Shown: piece by piece, positions 35,151-48,200 of the stretch
Layout of the letters: every line of letters starts with the position of its first letter
Numbering within the stretch: position 1 is the stretch's first letter
Origin: Amoebophrya sp. A120
Lineage: Eukaryota > Protista > Dinoflagellata
Assembly: GCA_905178155.1 (NCBI GenBank)
Contig: CAJINV010000001.1
Location: 7,385,794 to 7,449,793 of the forward strand
DNA: 64,000 nucleotides
Reading direction: 5' to 3'
Translations under genes and position numbers: made by a program
The notes under the pieces: generated by a model
Database searches by the model: none
Told to the model about the DNA's origin: nothing
The model's input: only the letters and a program-made list of their open reading frames with translations

Positions 35151-37607
35151 TTAGCTCGAACTTGAGTCTTGGTCTGAGTCTTCGGTGGATTTGTCTCTCC
35201 TGGAATCCTCAGACTCGTCGGAGTCGCTTATGTCGCTGCTCTGCTGCCGAGAGGATTGTTGCTGGGAGGATTGTTGCTGGGACGATTGTTGCTGGGAGGA
35301 TCCCCTGCTGCGACTTTGGGAGTACTCAAGTAATTTCTTTTTGTTGGCTGCCCAGGCGGGGTTCTTGCCGTTCGCGTAGGCGTCGCTCTTCTTCGACGAA
35401 GTCTTGCGGTCTGTCGTGGAGCCCTGCTTCCTGCCCGCCGTCCAGGCCGGGTGTTTCGCCATCTCGCGGTCGTACTTCTTCTTCGGTTTGTCGCTGTCGT
35501 CCGAACTGCTCTTGTCCGGGTCGGACAGCGGGTGCCGCAGCCGGTGCGAGTTGTGCTCCAACGCGTCATCGATCTTCCGCCGCATGGTTGGGTCGGTGAC
35601 CGTCAACCCCAGGTGGGACAACGAGCGATTCTCCACTAAAGCGTTCATGAACGCGGTTTCGACCGCTTTGTATCGCCCCACCGCCCCCGGGTTTTCACTG
35701 AGGGACAGGCGCTCGATGTGCTCGTTGGTCCGGAGCCCCTCGGCGATGGCCATGCACGCGATGTGGTCGAACTGGTTGGCCTCCAAGTTCACTTCCCGCA
35801 AGCACTTGTTGTCCTTCAACACGTTCCCGAAGGCTCGGCCGAACAGCGTCGGGAGCTCGCACCCGCCCAGCGACAAGAGCTCCAAGCTGGTGTTCCGATG
35901 CAGCGCCGCGATCATGTCCGGGAGAATGGAGGCCTGCGACGCGAGGGGGAGGGAGATGCCGTCCAGAACCAACCGGGTCAATGTCTCGTCGTTCAACTGC
36001 AGCCGCTTGATCTGGTAGTACACCCAGTCACCGGGCGTGGCCGCCTGCGAGGGCGGCGGGATCTGGTCCAGTTGCCGCATGTTCTTGCACGCCTCCAGAC
36101 GGGCCTTCATCAGGTTCGAAGTGGTCGCGTGGAAGTCCGAGATCGAGAGGTGCTGGCCGCGGATGTAGGCCGTGATCTTACCACCGTGATCCTGCGCGTC
36201 GATCTGCTCCACGTCGCTCGGCGCCTCCAGGTCGTTGCTCCAACCGATGTGGTTGTAGTCCGTGTAATGGACGTCCGCCTTGCCCTCGTACCGCAGTTTC
36301 CGGTTGCTTTCGAACATCGGGATCCTGCGAAACGGGCCCAGCTTTTTCTTCTTCCTTTTGTTCCACTCCTTCGGATCCTCGGGGAGCTCCATGGCGTCGT
36401 CGCCGCGGCGCCGGACGTAGCGGCCCCGGAACCCCTCGTACTCGGCCTCCGACCCCATGTCGTCGGTGCCCTGCCGCGGCGCTCGCTCGCCCGGCAACTT
36501 CCAGTGCTTTGGCTTGCCCTTCATGCGCGCGCGCTCCGCGCGCCGCGTCTTCTCCTCTTCGGAAACATACAGGCCGAGCACGTGGGCCATGGTGAACTGC
36601 GGCTTCGGAAACGTGATCTCCGGGTGCCACCACTCGAAGCAGCCGGGCCGGGTCGGCAACTGCGGCGCGTCCAGTGCCTGGGAGACCCAAAAACGCGGGT
36701 CGGTGATCAGTTGCTGCGGGGCGGGGAGCGCCGGAAAGGGGCGGATGTCCCGCGCGTCCAGGGGCGCGGCAGTCCGGTTCTCATCGAGCATGCGCCGCAG
36801 CATTTCCCGCATGTCCTTCAGGCCGATCCGCGTCTGCTCGTGCAGCTGCGTGCTGGCCTTCGGCATGCCCTTCAGGTCGTCCTCCCAGTGCTGCGACCCC
36901 TTGACGCTGCGCAGCATGTTCTGGTCCGGGGCCATGAACGCCACGTTCCTGCCGGCGCAGTGCTCGTTGATCGTGTACCGAAGCAGAACCCCCCGGACGA
37001 ACTTGTTTTCCGCAAAAATCGCCTTTTCCAATTGCTCGCCGCACTGCATCTTGCGCACAATCTCGCATACCAGCTCGACCGTGGCGCGGCACTGCTTCCA
37101 CCGGTAGTCGGTCAGCACGCTGCGCCTACTGGCGAACGCCACGTTGTCTAACAGCGCGACGATGTGCGCCAGCCGGTGGCAGTCGCCGGCGAACACCCGC
37201 TCAAACACCGGCGGCGGGCGGTATCGGAGAAATTCCTCGATCAGGACGCGCACGAAATTCGTGTACTCCAGCACCAGGTCGAGCTTCTTCGTCTTCCCGG
37301 ACTCCGGTACCTCCCGTCGATGTTCCGCGATGTATTGCGCCAGGGCCTCGTCGAAGTCCTGCAGAAGTTTATCAAAGTCCGAGACCAGCAATTCTTGCGT
37401 GAAGTGGATCACCCCGGGCTGCGGGTGCGGCTCATCCGGGTCTATGTCCGGGACTATCAAGCCAGCAGGAGCTCGATGCTTCGATATTCGGGACGGGAGC
37501 GGCTGCACGGATACCCGCTGTCTCGTTAAGCGCCCCTGCGTGGAGGAAAGCTCTACTTGCGAGTACAGCCCCGTGGGGCTCATCAGATGCGGCGTGCCCA
37601 GCGACAT
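35151..37607 (-). CDS. 818-aa protein with a C-terminal tropomodulin-type LRR domain and Ser/Gln/Asp tail
   Basis: Single ORF. LQLNDETLTRLVL...ALHRNTSLELLSL...LKDNKCLREVNLEAN...IAEGLRTNEHIERLSL...ETAFMNALVENRSLSHLGL...RRKIDDALEHN resembles the tropomodulin LRR. SSQQQ repeats near the C-terminus. Confidence 0.8.
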   Translation of the reverse strand: MSLGTPHLMSPTGLYSQVELSSTQGRLTRQRVSVQPLPSRISKHRAPAGLIVPDIDPDEPHPQPGVIHFTQELLVSDFDKLLQDFDEALAQYIAEHRREVPESGKTKKLDLVLEYTNFVRVLIEEFLRYRPPPVFERVFAGDCHRLAHIVALLDNVAFASRRSVLTDYRWKQCRATVELVCEIVRKMQCGEQLEKAIFAENKFVRGVLLRYTINEHCAGRNVAFMAPDQNMLRSVKGSQHWEDDLKGMPKASTQLHEQTRIGLKDMREMLRRMLDENRTAAPLDARDIRPFPALPAPQQLITDPRFWVSQALDAPQLPTRPGCFEWWHPEITFPKPQFTMAHVLGLYVSEEEKTRRAERARMKGKPKHWKLPGERAPRQGTDDMGSEAEYEGFRGRYVRRRGDDAMELPEDPKEWNKRKKKKLGPFRRIPMFESNRKLRYEGKADVHYTDYNHIGWSNDLEAPSDVEQIDAQDHGGKITAYIRGQHLSISDFHATTSNLMKARLEACKNMRQLDQIPPPSQAATPGDWVYYQIKRLQLNDETLTRLVLDGISLPLASQASILPDMIAALHRNTSLELLSLGGCELPTLFGRAFGNVLKDNKCLREVNLEANQFDHIACMAIAEGLRTNEHIERLSLSENPGAVGRYKAVETAFMNALVENRSLSHLGLTVTDPTMRRKIDDALEHNSHRLRHPLSDPDKSSSDDSDKPKKKYDREMAKHPAWTAGRKQGSTTDRKTSSKKSDAYANGKNPAWAANKKKLLEYSQSRSRGSSQQQSSQQQSSQQQSSRQQSSDISDSDESEDSRRDKSTEDSDQDSSSS

Positions 37608-38751
37608 TGTACCTGATCCAGTGACTATATTTGTCGGTCCGGCGAATTTTACTTGTTCCTCGGGTATGTTATGTCCGATGGAAGTTTTTCGTCATGTTGA
37701 GGTTATAATCGTCGGGACACGACATACTGCTTCCAAATATTACGTAAAGCGGAAATGTGAAACCTGAAAACGTCGCGACATCAGAAAGGGGTAGAAGTAC
37801 TGCGTGGGGTGGTAGATCAGTGCAGCTGTGGTACACTTTACACAGACGCGGGGTACGCGCATAGTGTAGAGAACAGCAAGTGAGGTCCTGCGGACGAAAA
37901 CAAATGATTTTGGAGAGGATGTCAGACTAGTCACAGACGAGCTTCTGCTCACCGAGCAGTAGTGGTACTTGAGTTCACAATTACCGACGCAGTCGAGATG
38001 CACAATTCCAGTACCGATACAACATTGTGTCTTGAACGGGAACGAATCACTATAACGTGTACGATGGTGGCACCGATTTATTTGCACGCTTTGACTTTCG
38101 GCAATTCTGCTCTTCGTTACTTAGTGGACGACAATGAACGAACTATTGCACAAGAAAGTGTGACATTCACGCAAAGACAAAGTGAAAGTGTACGAACGAG
38201 GTGACGGAAACACCAAATAACATTCGGCTCTCCCGATCATCGCGAACTCGTCCTTCCGCGTGTGAGAAGCGCTTTTTTCTTTTCAGTCTAATCGCTGCGA
38301 AGTTTATAAAAATCTACGATCGGTTCATGGAACGTCGGATGTTGTTCAGATCGAATTTAGGTTTTTTCCGATCCGTCCCAGAGATGCCATTTTTTGGACT
38401 TTGCTTAAGCTTGTAAAAAATGGACTACATGAGGTCGCTGATTAGCTATAAGATACTTGGTATGAGTTTTGTTCTGTGCTACTTTTGTTTACTATGCTGC
38501 CACGCAGACGGCAAAAGAACTTCAAACACACGCAAGAAGTTCTTTGTTTCCGGGTGGATAATACCACTGCGTTGGTTGGGAAAATCGTCGTGTGGTTGCT
38601 TGTTGTCAAACACACTACACAAGTGAGATAGCAGGGGGGACCTGCAGCGAAAGGTATCAGATACAACAAACGAACTAAGTATCACCACCACGGTCTCTGC
38701 TCGGGGTCCGAACATAGCTAGAGTTGAAGTTCAGCGACATCGCCAGCCCGC

Positions 38752-41700
38752 CTACCCGGAGAAGAGGGGGTCGCGCGCGCGTCCGGCTGCCTTGGATCGC
38801 GCGTTCGCGTTGTCCCCAAACAGGCTGGCGTTTGGCGGCTTTCTGCCCGAAGACTGGCTGGGTCCGTCTTCGAACAGGTTGGCGCCGCCGCGGTTCGCCG
38901 CCGCCGGCGCGTTTCCGAACAAAGTGTTTGCCGCACTTTGCGGCTTCCCGCCGCCGAACTGCTGTTGCTGCTGTGGCGGGGCACCAAACAGACCGCCCGC
39001 GGCTGCCTGTTGCTGCTGAGCCTGGAACTGCTGCTGCTGGTGCTGCTGTGCCTGGAACTGCTGCTGCTGCTGCGGCGGTGGCGGGGGGACCCCCGGCTGC
39101 TGCTGCCCGAACTGCGACTGGTTCATCATCTGCCCTCCTCGGGGCATTGGGTCAAAGCCGCCACCGCCTCCCATAGGCTGCTGCATGTGCTGGTGCTGCG
39201 GTGCTCCCCCCGGCATGCCTCCGCGCGGTACACCGCCCATTGGAGGCGGAGCTGCGGCGGTTTGCGGCCCTGTGTAGGGGGACTGTCGCGCGTTCGCGCG
39301 GCCGAATAGCAGTTCCTGGTACAAAGAGTCGAGGCCCTGGTCCGCTTCGCCGAGCTGCATCTCGATGTCGCGCGACAGCACCTGGTGCGCCTTCTTATCA
39401 AAATGAAAAATCCCCCCTCCCCATATCAAAACGGAAATTTGTGATGCTGATTTGTGGCCACAAATCAGCTTTGTATTGCACAGAGGCACTGCGGCCAGAT
39501 CCCCAGGCGAGGCAGGGCCGTATGGGTATAGTAGTTCAGCATGGCAAACGGCCCCCCTTTAGCCCGAACAGCATGACAAATCGCTTCCATAATGGGGCGG
39601 AAGCTTCTGCCCTTGTCTTCTTGCAAGACAGACGTGATTTGTGACCTCAAATCCGCAACACAAATTTCTGGAAACATACCTTTTCAATATGGGGAGGGGG
39701 GATTTTTCCTCTCAATACTTCTTGATGATGGTTTTCTGCTCCATCAGCGACTTACGCTCGTCGCGGATGTATCAAATGTAAAAATGTCTGGGTCTGGAAG
39801 AATCCAACTTGTGATGCTGATTTTGGATTCTAAAAAAATCTGTATTGCATGAGCAGCAGAGAGTCCAAGTTTTGCTATACGGAAAGAGCATTTGTCATGC
39901 GGTATAGGCATCAGGAAGCCCTCACAAAATGTGTGATGCTAGGGCATGCATCACAGACATCAGGAGTCATGCAAAATGTGCATGACAAACCTGGCAATCT
40001 TCCAGACCCAGACATTTTTACAGTTGATAGGATGTGGGCGGGCTCGGACAAAATGTTGTCCAGGCTCTCGGAGCTCTGAAAGTTCTGCGTTAGCGTCAAC
40101 TTCAACTTCTCTTGGAAACTCCGCACTAGAAAACACCCAATCGCCTTCGGTACTGCCTCCCGCAACGAACGCACCACCTAAGCAGAACTTGAAATGGATG
40201 CGGCTATGCTTCTCTCAAGCGGCCCTATCAGATTTGATATCACAAGGGAGGACACGACAAAAACGATCAAATGCTGACATCTAGAGCAGCACAATAAAAA
40301 CCTCGATCAAAATACCAGTTTGAAGTAGGCCTCCAGGCGGTTTCGGATGTCGCGAAGAAAGGCCTGACTGTACTTCGACTGGAAATTTTTGGTTTTGTTG
40401 CCGGTGAGGTAAGCTTTGGCCTCGGCATACTTCTGCGACATGTTGTCCTTCATTTTGTAGTACCCGCCCACGTTGGGATCTTCTGCTTCCTCCTGCATCT
40501 CTGCCGCCTGCCGATTTGCGATGTCCGCAGCGGTGCCGCCGCCCCCAGAACCGCCAGCCGTGGGTTGCATCGCACCGTGCGCGATCAGATACAGGTCGTC
40601 ATTTGTGAAAAAATAACCTGTCGTGAGTGAATGGGTAAAGGTAAAGGTCTAGGAAAAAATCAAAAATTTGTCCTCCTGGTTTAAAAATATTTCACATCAA
40701 AACATACCTGTTGCGCTGTTGACCGCGTCCTCGACGATGGCTTTTGTCTTAAGCCGCTCCTCGTCAATAATCCGGTTGGAGAGCTCGAACACCTTCTCGC
40801 CCAGCTCGGGGAAGCGGTAAAAAACGAGCAGAGACACGCGGTGCGCCAGGCCCGACATGCACTGCACCGTGTCCGCCAGGCAGTCCAGCGAGGGTTGCAG
40901 CAGCTTGCTGAGGTGCGACGAAATCAGCATCTCAAACGTATCGGGACTGGGAAACCCGGGGAGTGCGTCACCCTCCAGGTTGCGTAAACTCTGGTTGATG
41001 TCGTCATCTGGTTGCGAATTTTTTGCTTAAAAACGCGTTTCCGGACTAGCAAACTCAAAGTTTGAGAATTCCTGATCGAACAACCACGCTGGCTTGCATG
41101 CGGTACGTGAAAAACATTCGCTCCTGCGTGAAGAAAGTTGGTGAAAAAACACATCATCGATCTTCGTGTTCGGAACTTTTCAGAATGAAAAAGCAAAGCA
41201 TAAGCATTACTCTGGTACTTACCTGTGAGGTCTTTTGTGATGTCCTCTTCGTAGATTTCCTCCAAGAACTTAGAAAACCTCCTTTTGACCTGGGCCCCCA
41301 CGGATGGCGCCTCGTCGCTTTCTGATTGGTACTTCTCTATCAGGGCAGAGAGCTTCGGGTCATACTTACCTGTGTTTGTGTGCGACGCAGCAAAATCTCC
41401 TTCTTCATTCGTGCTGCGGCAAAAAAAAACATGGGACCACCCATACATGGATTCTTAGAGTTTACTTCGAAAGTGGTGTAATATCAGTCCGCTCCTTGTA
41501 GTCGGCGTGCCTCGTGCCACCTCCGGCTACCCGTCAACAATAATCCTCTTACGTCTAAAATGCCTGCTGGGCCACATTCATCAATTCATTGTAGCGGAAC
41601 TGAAATTTTATTGCCCGATACCTTTTATGGAATTGTCTATCATCTCGCAGAAGGAGGCGATGTCGCGCCATACGAGCTGCGTCTTCACGTTAGAGTCTTC

Positions 41701-43756
41701 CGGAATCCCGTCCCCCAACTCGGTCAGCCGCACGTCAATTTTGGAGCGCAGATCGAACACATCCCGCTTTATCTTCGGTAAGAACCAGCGAATGTGCACG
41801 GAAAGGACTCGCATCAGCCGCTCGATCAGTGCCTTGGTGCCAAAGTAACCCGGCTCTACCCGCCCGTAGGTGGGGTGCTCGGAAAACCACCGCTCCTCCA
41901 TCTTCAAGGCCTCTGCGACCGTCATGTTATCCATGATATCCTGCTTGGACCGGTTCTTCACGCCAATGAAGCCCAAGCGTAAATGCACCTCTTCACCCTT
42001 CACCATGCGAATGGCCTGATGTAGTGGTTCCGGAGAACAATAAATCACTTTCTTACAATACGTACCCATAGCGTACTTTTTGTCGCCTTCTAAGGGTGAA
42101 GACACAGTCGACGCACCTACGCGACACGCAAGAATCTAATGAATCGAAAAAAACGAAGAAAAACAGGTGAAGTGAAGTAAGTACATTGGTTCCTTGGTCC
42201 ATGATGTCCAGCTTTGTCAGGACTCCGATAGTCCGCACGCCCTCGCGATCGAACACGCGAGCGTACTTTAGGCCTTCTGACGTAGTGATGTCCGCGTTTG
42301 CTGGGCTGACTGCCAACACAATGGTTCGGTCGTCGCGGATATACCTGGTACGGTCCGTTGTTTTACACTGATACGCACACTCTTGTTCCACGACAACTTT
42401 TTTCCTTATCGCTTCGCGGCTGTGGACCGAATCAATTATATTACTTGATAAACATCTCCACAAGAACAATGATCGGGCACTAGTTCTTGGCGCTTCATCT
42501 CTTTCATACAGTTACAGCCAACCGCAACCAGTGTACTATCGCATGTCAACATCACCGCGGCAATGAACATAGCGCACATCATGATGTTTGTGATGCATTC
42601 TTCTTTTTTAATCACATCGGTACCTTTCAGTCATTTCTCGTGTCACACGCGCAATGTCGCCGGTCTGGTCACTGCCGGCGGCCGCGACTTTGGTCAGCCC
42701 CGGGAGATCGATCAGAGTGAGGTCCGGCACATTTTTTCCGTACACCGTTAGCGTGATCGGATCATCAATGATACCTTTCATGTTGATACGGTTTTCGGTG
42801 CATGCTCACAATCACACAAAGTTAGTGTCAACTACGGCGCAGATAGGACTGGAAAAGTACGAGAGCTGCCACTGCATCACACGCTTTTATGAATATCTTG
42901 CACGCAGTGCGCGCCTGCGCTCTAGCTCTTGTGGAGCAGAGCCACGCGCGTCTTCTTTCAACACTTCAAATTTCAATTTCTCGTGCTCATAGTGCCGCAT
43001 AAATATCGCGATCCTGCACGAAGCTACGCTGGAACGAAAGCTATACCTTTGTTCGTGCCGCATATTTTGTCGGTGAGCAGCTCTATGTGTTGCCGGACTT
43101 TGTCAAAGTCGTAAAATTTTGTGGGGTCCCCGCCAAACACAGCCCAGGCTGGGTACCCCTCTTCCGCCGCCACCGCATCGCTGATATGCACAAGACGGAG
43201 CTCCAGGGGCCGTCGCGTCACAACACCGTCTCCGCGCGGAAGAAAGTCGTACCCAACAATGCTTTCGAGTACAGAGGACTTTCCGGAAGAATGGTATGCA
43301 GAGGAAAAAAAACTGGGCCCATCCAGCCACGGATCCCCTCTTCTTGTTTATTTACTTTTAGCCTCACACCTGGCCTTGGTGCATCACAACAACTCCGCAC
43401 TTGACAAAAAATAAAGTGCTTGTACAAATCTTACTGAATCAACCATGTGCATTTTCTTCCTTTTTTTCCTTGCAGAGGTCCCGCGCAGTTGTAGAGGTCA
43501 CACTTACGACAAGCGACGACCAGTAAGGAAAATGAATTCTTTTGCAAAATAAGTCTACTGCAAGCAAATCCATATCTTGTGGTCATCGGGATCAACAGTC
43601 GCGGGGTGCGTCAGAATCTTCTCAGCATAACTGCGAGCCGACAACGACAATGCGTGGCAGCGAGATGATTTGCTGCAGGCCCACATCCCGCAAGTCGTCC
43701 ACTACATGGATCACGGAGGCCAGAGCCCCCGATCCGCCGGACAGCAGCGAACTCAT
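38752..43756 (-). CDS. DrpB: Dynamin-related GTPase, alveolate DrpB/DYN1-like, with a Q/G/P-rich C-terminal extension
   Basis: DDLRDVGLQQIISLPRIVVVGSQ-SSGKSSVLES, FLPRGDGVVTRRPLELRL, DLTLIDLPG, RTIGVLTKLDIMDQGT, LGFIGVKNRS, GDALPGFPSPDTFE, and GED segment AYFKL-VVRSLREAVPKAIGCFLV. Mix of GT-AG and introner introns. Confidence 0.92.
39396..39717. mobile_element. Family-B introner (322 bp), TSD CTTCT
   Basis: TIR TATCAAAATGAAAAATCCCCCCTCCCCATAT / TATTGAGAGGAAAAATCCCCCCTCCCCATAT, perfect TSD. Removal gives IIKK-AHQVLSRD. Confidence 0.9.
39770..40029. mobile_element. Family-A introner (260 bp), TSD GGATG
   Basis: ~32-bp TIR TATCAAATGTAAAAATGTCTGGGTCTGGAAGA, perfect TSD. Removal gives EPAHI-RDERKSLMEQK. 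Confidence 0.93.
43295..43629. mobile_element. Degenerate introner intron (335 bp) splitting the dynamin P-loop
   Basis: Ends TATGCAGAGGAAAAA / TATGCTGAG, flanks AATGG/ACTGC. Removal of element+5 nt restores GSQSSGKS. Confidence 0.8.
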
Positions 43757-45285
43757 TCGGAAATTGAGGCTAGCACAATAGGAAGGGCGTCCCGGCTAAA
43801 CCCGCCTTGACGGCATGATCATGGATTTCGGTCTCCTCAGAGGCCAGGGCTCATTGATGGAGAGGTGTAAGTGTAAGTGTAACTAGGAGTAGGGGCGAAA
43901 TAGACAACATGGTACATAAATCGTTCTTGATCGAAATAATTTTATGCTCGGCCTCTGGATGAATAGACGAGAAACAGAGAGGAGGTCTGGCACTTACATG
44001 AACAGTACGGGCGACTCAGGGGTCGACCAAAAATCAGAAGAAGAGAGAGTGTCTCAAAATGGTGTCGCCTGCCAGTAGATCTTGTTCTTGCTTCCTACTT
44101 ACTGAAATAAACGGGGCGATGTCAAAGTTCGTTGCATTTTCGCGTTCTTGAACTGCAGAAGTAAGTCCTGATGCTGGTAATTTCTGCAGCTGCCGTTGAT
44201 CCTGGTTATTTTTTTTCACAGTTGTGTCTCGAATGTGGTCTAGAGGGAGACAACTTTCCAGTGCACAAAACCGTGACAACTAGTGCCTGCTGTCAACTTC
44301 ATCCAGTTGTAGAAATTTCGTCCTATGCATGGTGTTGAATGTTGCACCAGCGGACACACAGGTTTGAGGAACTTGAACAGCTAATTTTCTTCCTGCAGGT
44401 GGTGACAGCGACGCGCGTCCACGGACGGCACCAATCAGCTCGCCAGGTGACTGTCCTGACTCTGAATCATACCCGTTGCAGTTTTTGAAACAGATGGCGC
44501 ACTGTATCGGGAGGGTCTCTAATAGTCCTCAAGATTGTGCTTGGAAACTGAAAAACTGCATCTTCACCTTTGACTTGCGGCAACCGCCGCTCCGTCGAAA
44601 AACGAAAAGCCACCAGACATATCGAAGAATAGATTCATTGCTATCCCCCAGGCCTTCACTAGATTGCCGTTACCCAGGGTTCCAGCAAAAGAAAACAAGA
44701 TTGAGAAAATAGTTGCAAACTACGTGGCCACTAGATTTTGCTGGCGTGCGATGGTCTGTGTAACTGTAAACGACTTCTTGAAGTTGCATGTACAGATGCT
44801 TGGATAAGCCAACGCGGTTTTCTGGCGCGGCGCAGGTATTCTTCATTGATCTTCTTTAGGTTTTAGCTGCATTTCATGCGGATTCTTTCTCGTCAGGTAT
44901 AACAATAAATAATACACGGAAAAACATAGTACAACGGTTCAAATAAAGCGATGCTTTGTCTGCCGGGTGAAACCTCCGAGAACTTCCTCTTCAAAAATGA
45001 TTCGCTTCTTTAGATGGATAAGGCTGTTTCAAAATGTAGGAAAAGAGGGGCCAGCATTCGCAAAAATACTAATAGAAAGAGCGGCGCGAAAGTGCAATCA
45101 ATGTGCTAAAGCCTCGACTGCGACGCCGACCTCCTCATCCCCATCAAAATGCGAGAAAAATGTTACTACCGTGAAAAATGATGTTATCGTTATCCATGTT
45201 AAAGATGGACTGTTCTTGTTCACAAGACTGAAACTGCAAGCCTTGTTTACTTATCTATGGGGCACTCGCGTCGTGCTGCGTTCGA

Positions 45286-48200
45286 TCATTTGCGACCTTT
45301 CCTGTCCGCCCTGGAACCTTGACCCGCTTGATACCGCCTGTCTCTGGAACCCTTTCCCTTTCCTTTTCCGTGTGACCCCGCTTCGGAAATTTGCTGCGAA
45401 GGGTTCTGCGGAGGACCACCGAAGAAGGCACTCTGTCCCCAGCCACCATGCATCTGCATCATCGGGTGAGGCGGAACAGCATATGGGAACGCGTTTCCCC
45501 ACCCTTGTTGCGGACTGACCCCCCAATTTGTATACGGACCGATTTCCGCCGCGCCCCCCATATTTGGCATCTGCGCCTGGTACGCCTGCGGACTCGTCGG
45601 ATCAAGTGGTCCATCCGGTATCGACCCCGGAATGAAGTACACCGGCGCGACGATCTGTGCTTCGCCGGCAGCGGGCGTTGATCCCGCACTGGTGCCGTGT
45701 GCTGCCTTCTTCGGCCGCGCGTTTAGACGGGTGCGCATCCAAGATTCGTCCGCGTGGCCCGTCCCCTCCTGGGCTGTACTCCTGCCCGAGCGCGCGGTGG
45801 CCCAGCTCTGTGCAGAGTGCGCCCCTGAGGACCCCGACTCTGGCCCCGCCGATCGCGTTTGCGGTGCCGGCGTGCTTTCTGGAGGCTGCGTTTGTGCAGG
45901 CGTCTCGGGAGCGGGTTCGAACGGATCGTCAGCCGTGTCGTCGGAGTCTGAAGCGGGGTCCGGAAGGGACAACCCCGGCGGCGGTCTGAAGGGGTGGCCC
46001 CCGGTATTTTGAGGAGACATCGGGTCTGACAAAATCGACACCGAGTCTTTGGAGGTCTGCCGGTCCGGGAGCTGCAATTCAGGATCGTCGACAGAACCGT
46101 TTCCAAGATCGTTCGAAGAAGCACCCGGAGCGCTGGCAGATTCGTCGACACTCTGCTCTGGAGTTCCTTCGTGTTCTTGCTCCAGCATCAAATCGTCAAC
46201 GGACTTGCTGGACTGCGCGACAGTCGCAGTTGCGGGGGTCGTCTGCGACCCTTTTCTACCTTGTTTGCTACCCAGGAATGGAGACATCAAAGGTGGAAAC
46301 TCTGTGGGATTGCTGGCTGCTCCACCTGCGGATTCGCGCGGTGGGGCAGCGGGTCTATCGTCCCACACCCCTAGCACATCTTTCATCACGGGTCCGTTAT
46401 TCATAAGGACGACTCTTTCGTCTCCACTTTCACCTCCGGCGGAACCCGGCTGACCAGCGTTTGCTTCCTCGTCATCCGCTGGCAGTCCGGCAATAGGAGG
46501 TGGCGCTGGCGGCGATACCCGTTGCAAATCTTTCCGCTTACGCCGTCTGCCCGGACAGGACGAGGCTTGCGACAGCGTCGGGCCCCAGTTGGCGTCTCCA
46601 CTCAAGGCGCTGCCGCGGCTATCAGGGTTAGTTGTCTTCCAAACACTAAAATCGGAGGCGCCACTGCCGCTGGCGGGCCGGTCTGGGACGTCCCCGGAAA
46701 AGAACGGGGCCTCGACTCGAAGACCACCGGCCTGCTCAGCGATAGGCGACTGCAAAGGCGCAGGTGAATTCCGCAAGTTCTTCCTGCCAGAAATCGAGTT
46801 TGAAACACTTGCAGGTAGGGACAAGGGCTTCCCTGCATGCACCTCGTCACCAACTCGTATGCAAAGAAAATCTCGATGGTGAGTGATGGAAAGCTCTTTC
46901 GTTCGATCAGGTGTGGACTTTCTGCAACACTGTGGCGTAAAAAAATTGAAACATCATGCGAAGAACTCCGTGCGTAACCTTCGTACTTCCAACATGCAAA
47001 GTACCCGGAGAGAGATTCATGCTGCTCCTTGACGAGCGTATGATTAGATGATTCAATGGTACGAACAAAGTCGTCGTGCCGGCAAGAAACGCTACTGCTT
47101 GTATCAAGATGCCACAACTACTCCACCGCTGATGAAGAGCAGAGCATCCAGCACCCCAGCACAATTCCTTCTGCAAATACATAACTCTCGCATGGTCGTC
47201 TGAACCGAGGTTCCCTCGCGGAGATGAATCATTACTTGCGGCCTGTCGTGCAGCATGGGACGTGTCCGTAACTGCCAGCTCGGCCATGGCATCCACGATC
47301 GATTTGACGCGAACAGCACTGCCTTTCGCTGACTCCTGCAAATCCGCGACCTGTCGTTCAGGCGAGATCCCCGGAGGAAGCACCGGCGGCGGGCTACTAA
47401 GCATACCGCCGTACCTATGCCTAGCCCACGGGGGCAGCGATTCGATCGGCAACGGCGAAATTCGCGGAGGATGCGACGGAGGCGGGTTACTGGGCACGCC
47501 GACGACCGGATTCTGAGGCACCGTCGCTGGTTCGCCACTGATGTGCAAATGACCTTCCGGACCCACAGGACCAGTTTCTCCGACAAGTCCCGGCGGTGGG
47601 CCCACCAACGTTGCTACGCCCCCGGGAGGTGGCGGCGGAGGGCTGTGCGCTGGAGGTGGCGGACGCGCGTCGATGCGGTGCTGCAAAGTCGCAGGTTGTC
47701 CGTCGATTCGTCGCCCCGGATGAGCGTCGGGTAGCTCCGTCGTGGCGGAAGCTGCTGCGCCGGCCTCGCCCGCCGCGGAGGGACTTGATGCGTGTTCTCC
47801 CCGGGGACCACCAGGAGAAGCGGTTTTTGGCGCATTACCTTGCAGCTGAGCCTCGTCGGTCATTTCGTACCAAAGCGGAAGCACCAGGCGGTGTGGCTGC
47901 CACGAGGTCGGCGTGAACGGACCGAATCGGTTGACCACCTCCGGATGGTTGTCGTAGTGGTCCAAGAAGGCATGCCACACGTTGTTGTTTTGCGCCGGTT
48001 CGTTGCGAGTGGGGACCTGCTCCTGCTTTTGGCCTGCGCCGGCTCGCGGCACGTGCAGGTCTTTCGTCCCCGCGAGGCCGAGCACGTCGCAAACCACGAT
48101 CACCAAGTTCTTCGCGCGCGTAATGGCGACGTTCAACCGCGACTCGTTGTTCAAAAAGTCCCGCACCGACTTAAGACCCCAAGGACGCGTGCGCGACACC

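Noticed and set aside
35718-37151. Long plus-strand ORFs (477 aa here; also 6977-7864, 11459-12460, 47792-48775)
   Set aside because: Antisense shadows of GC3-rich minus-strand genes with no recognisable motifs.
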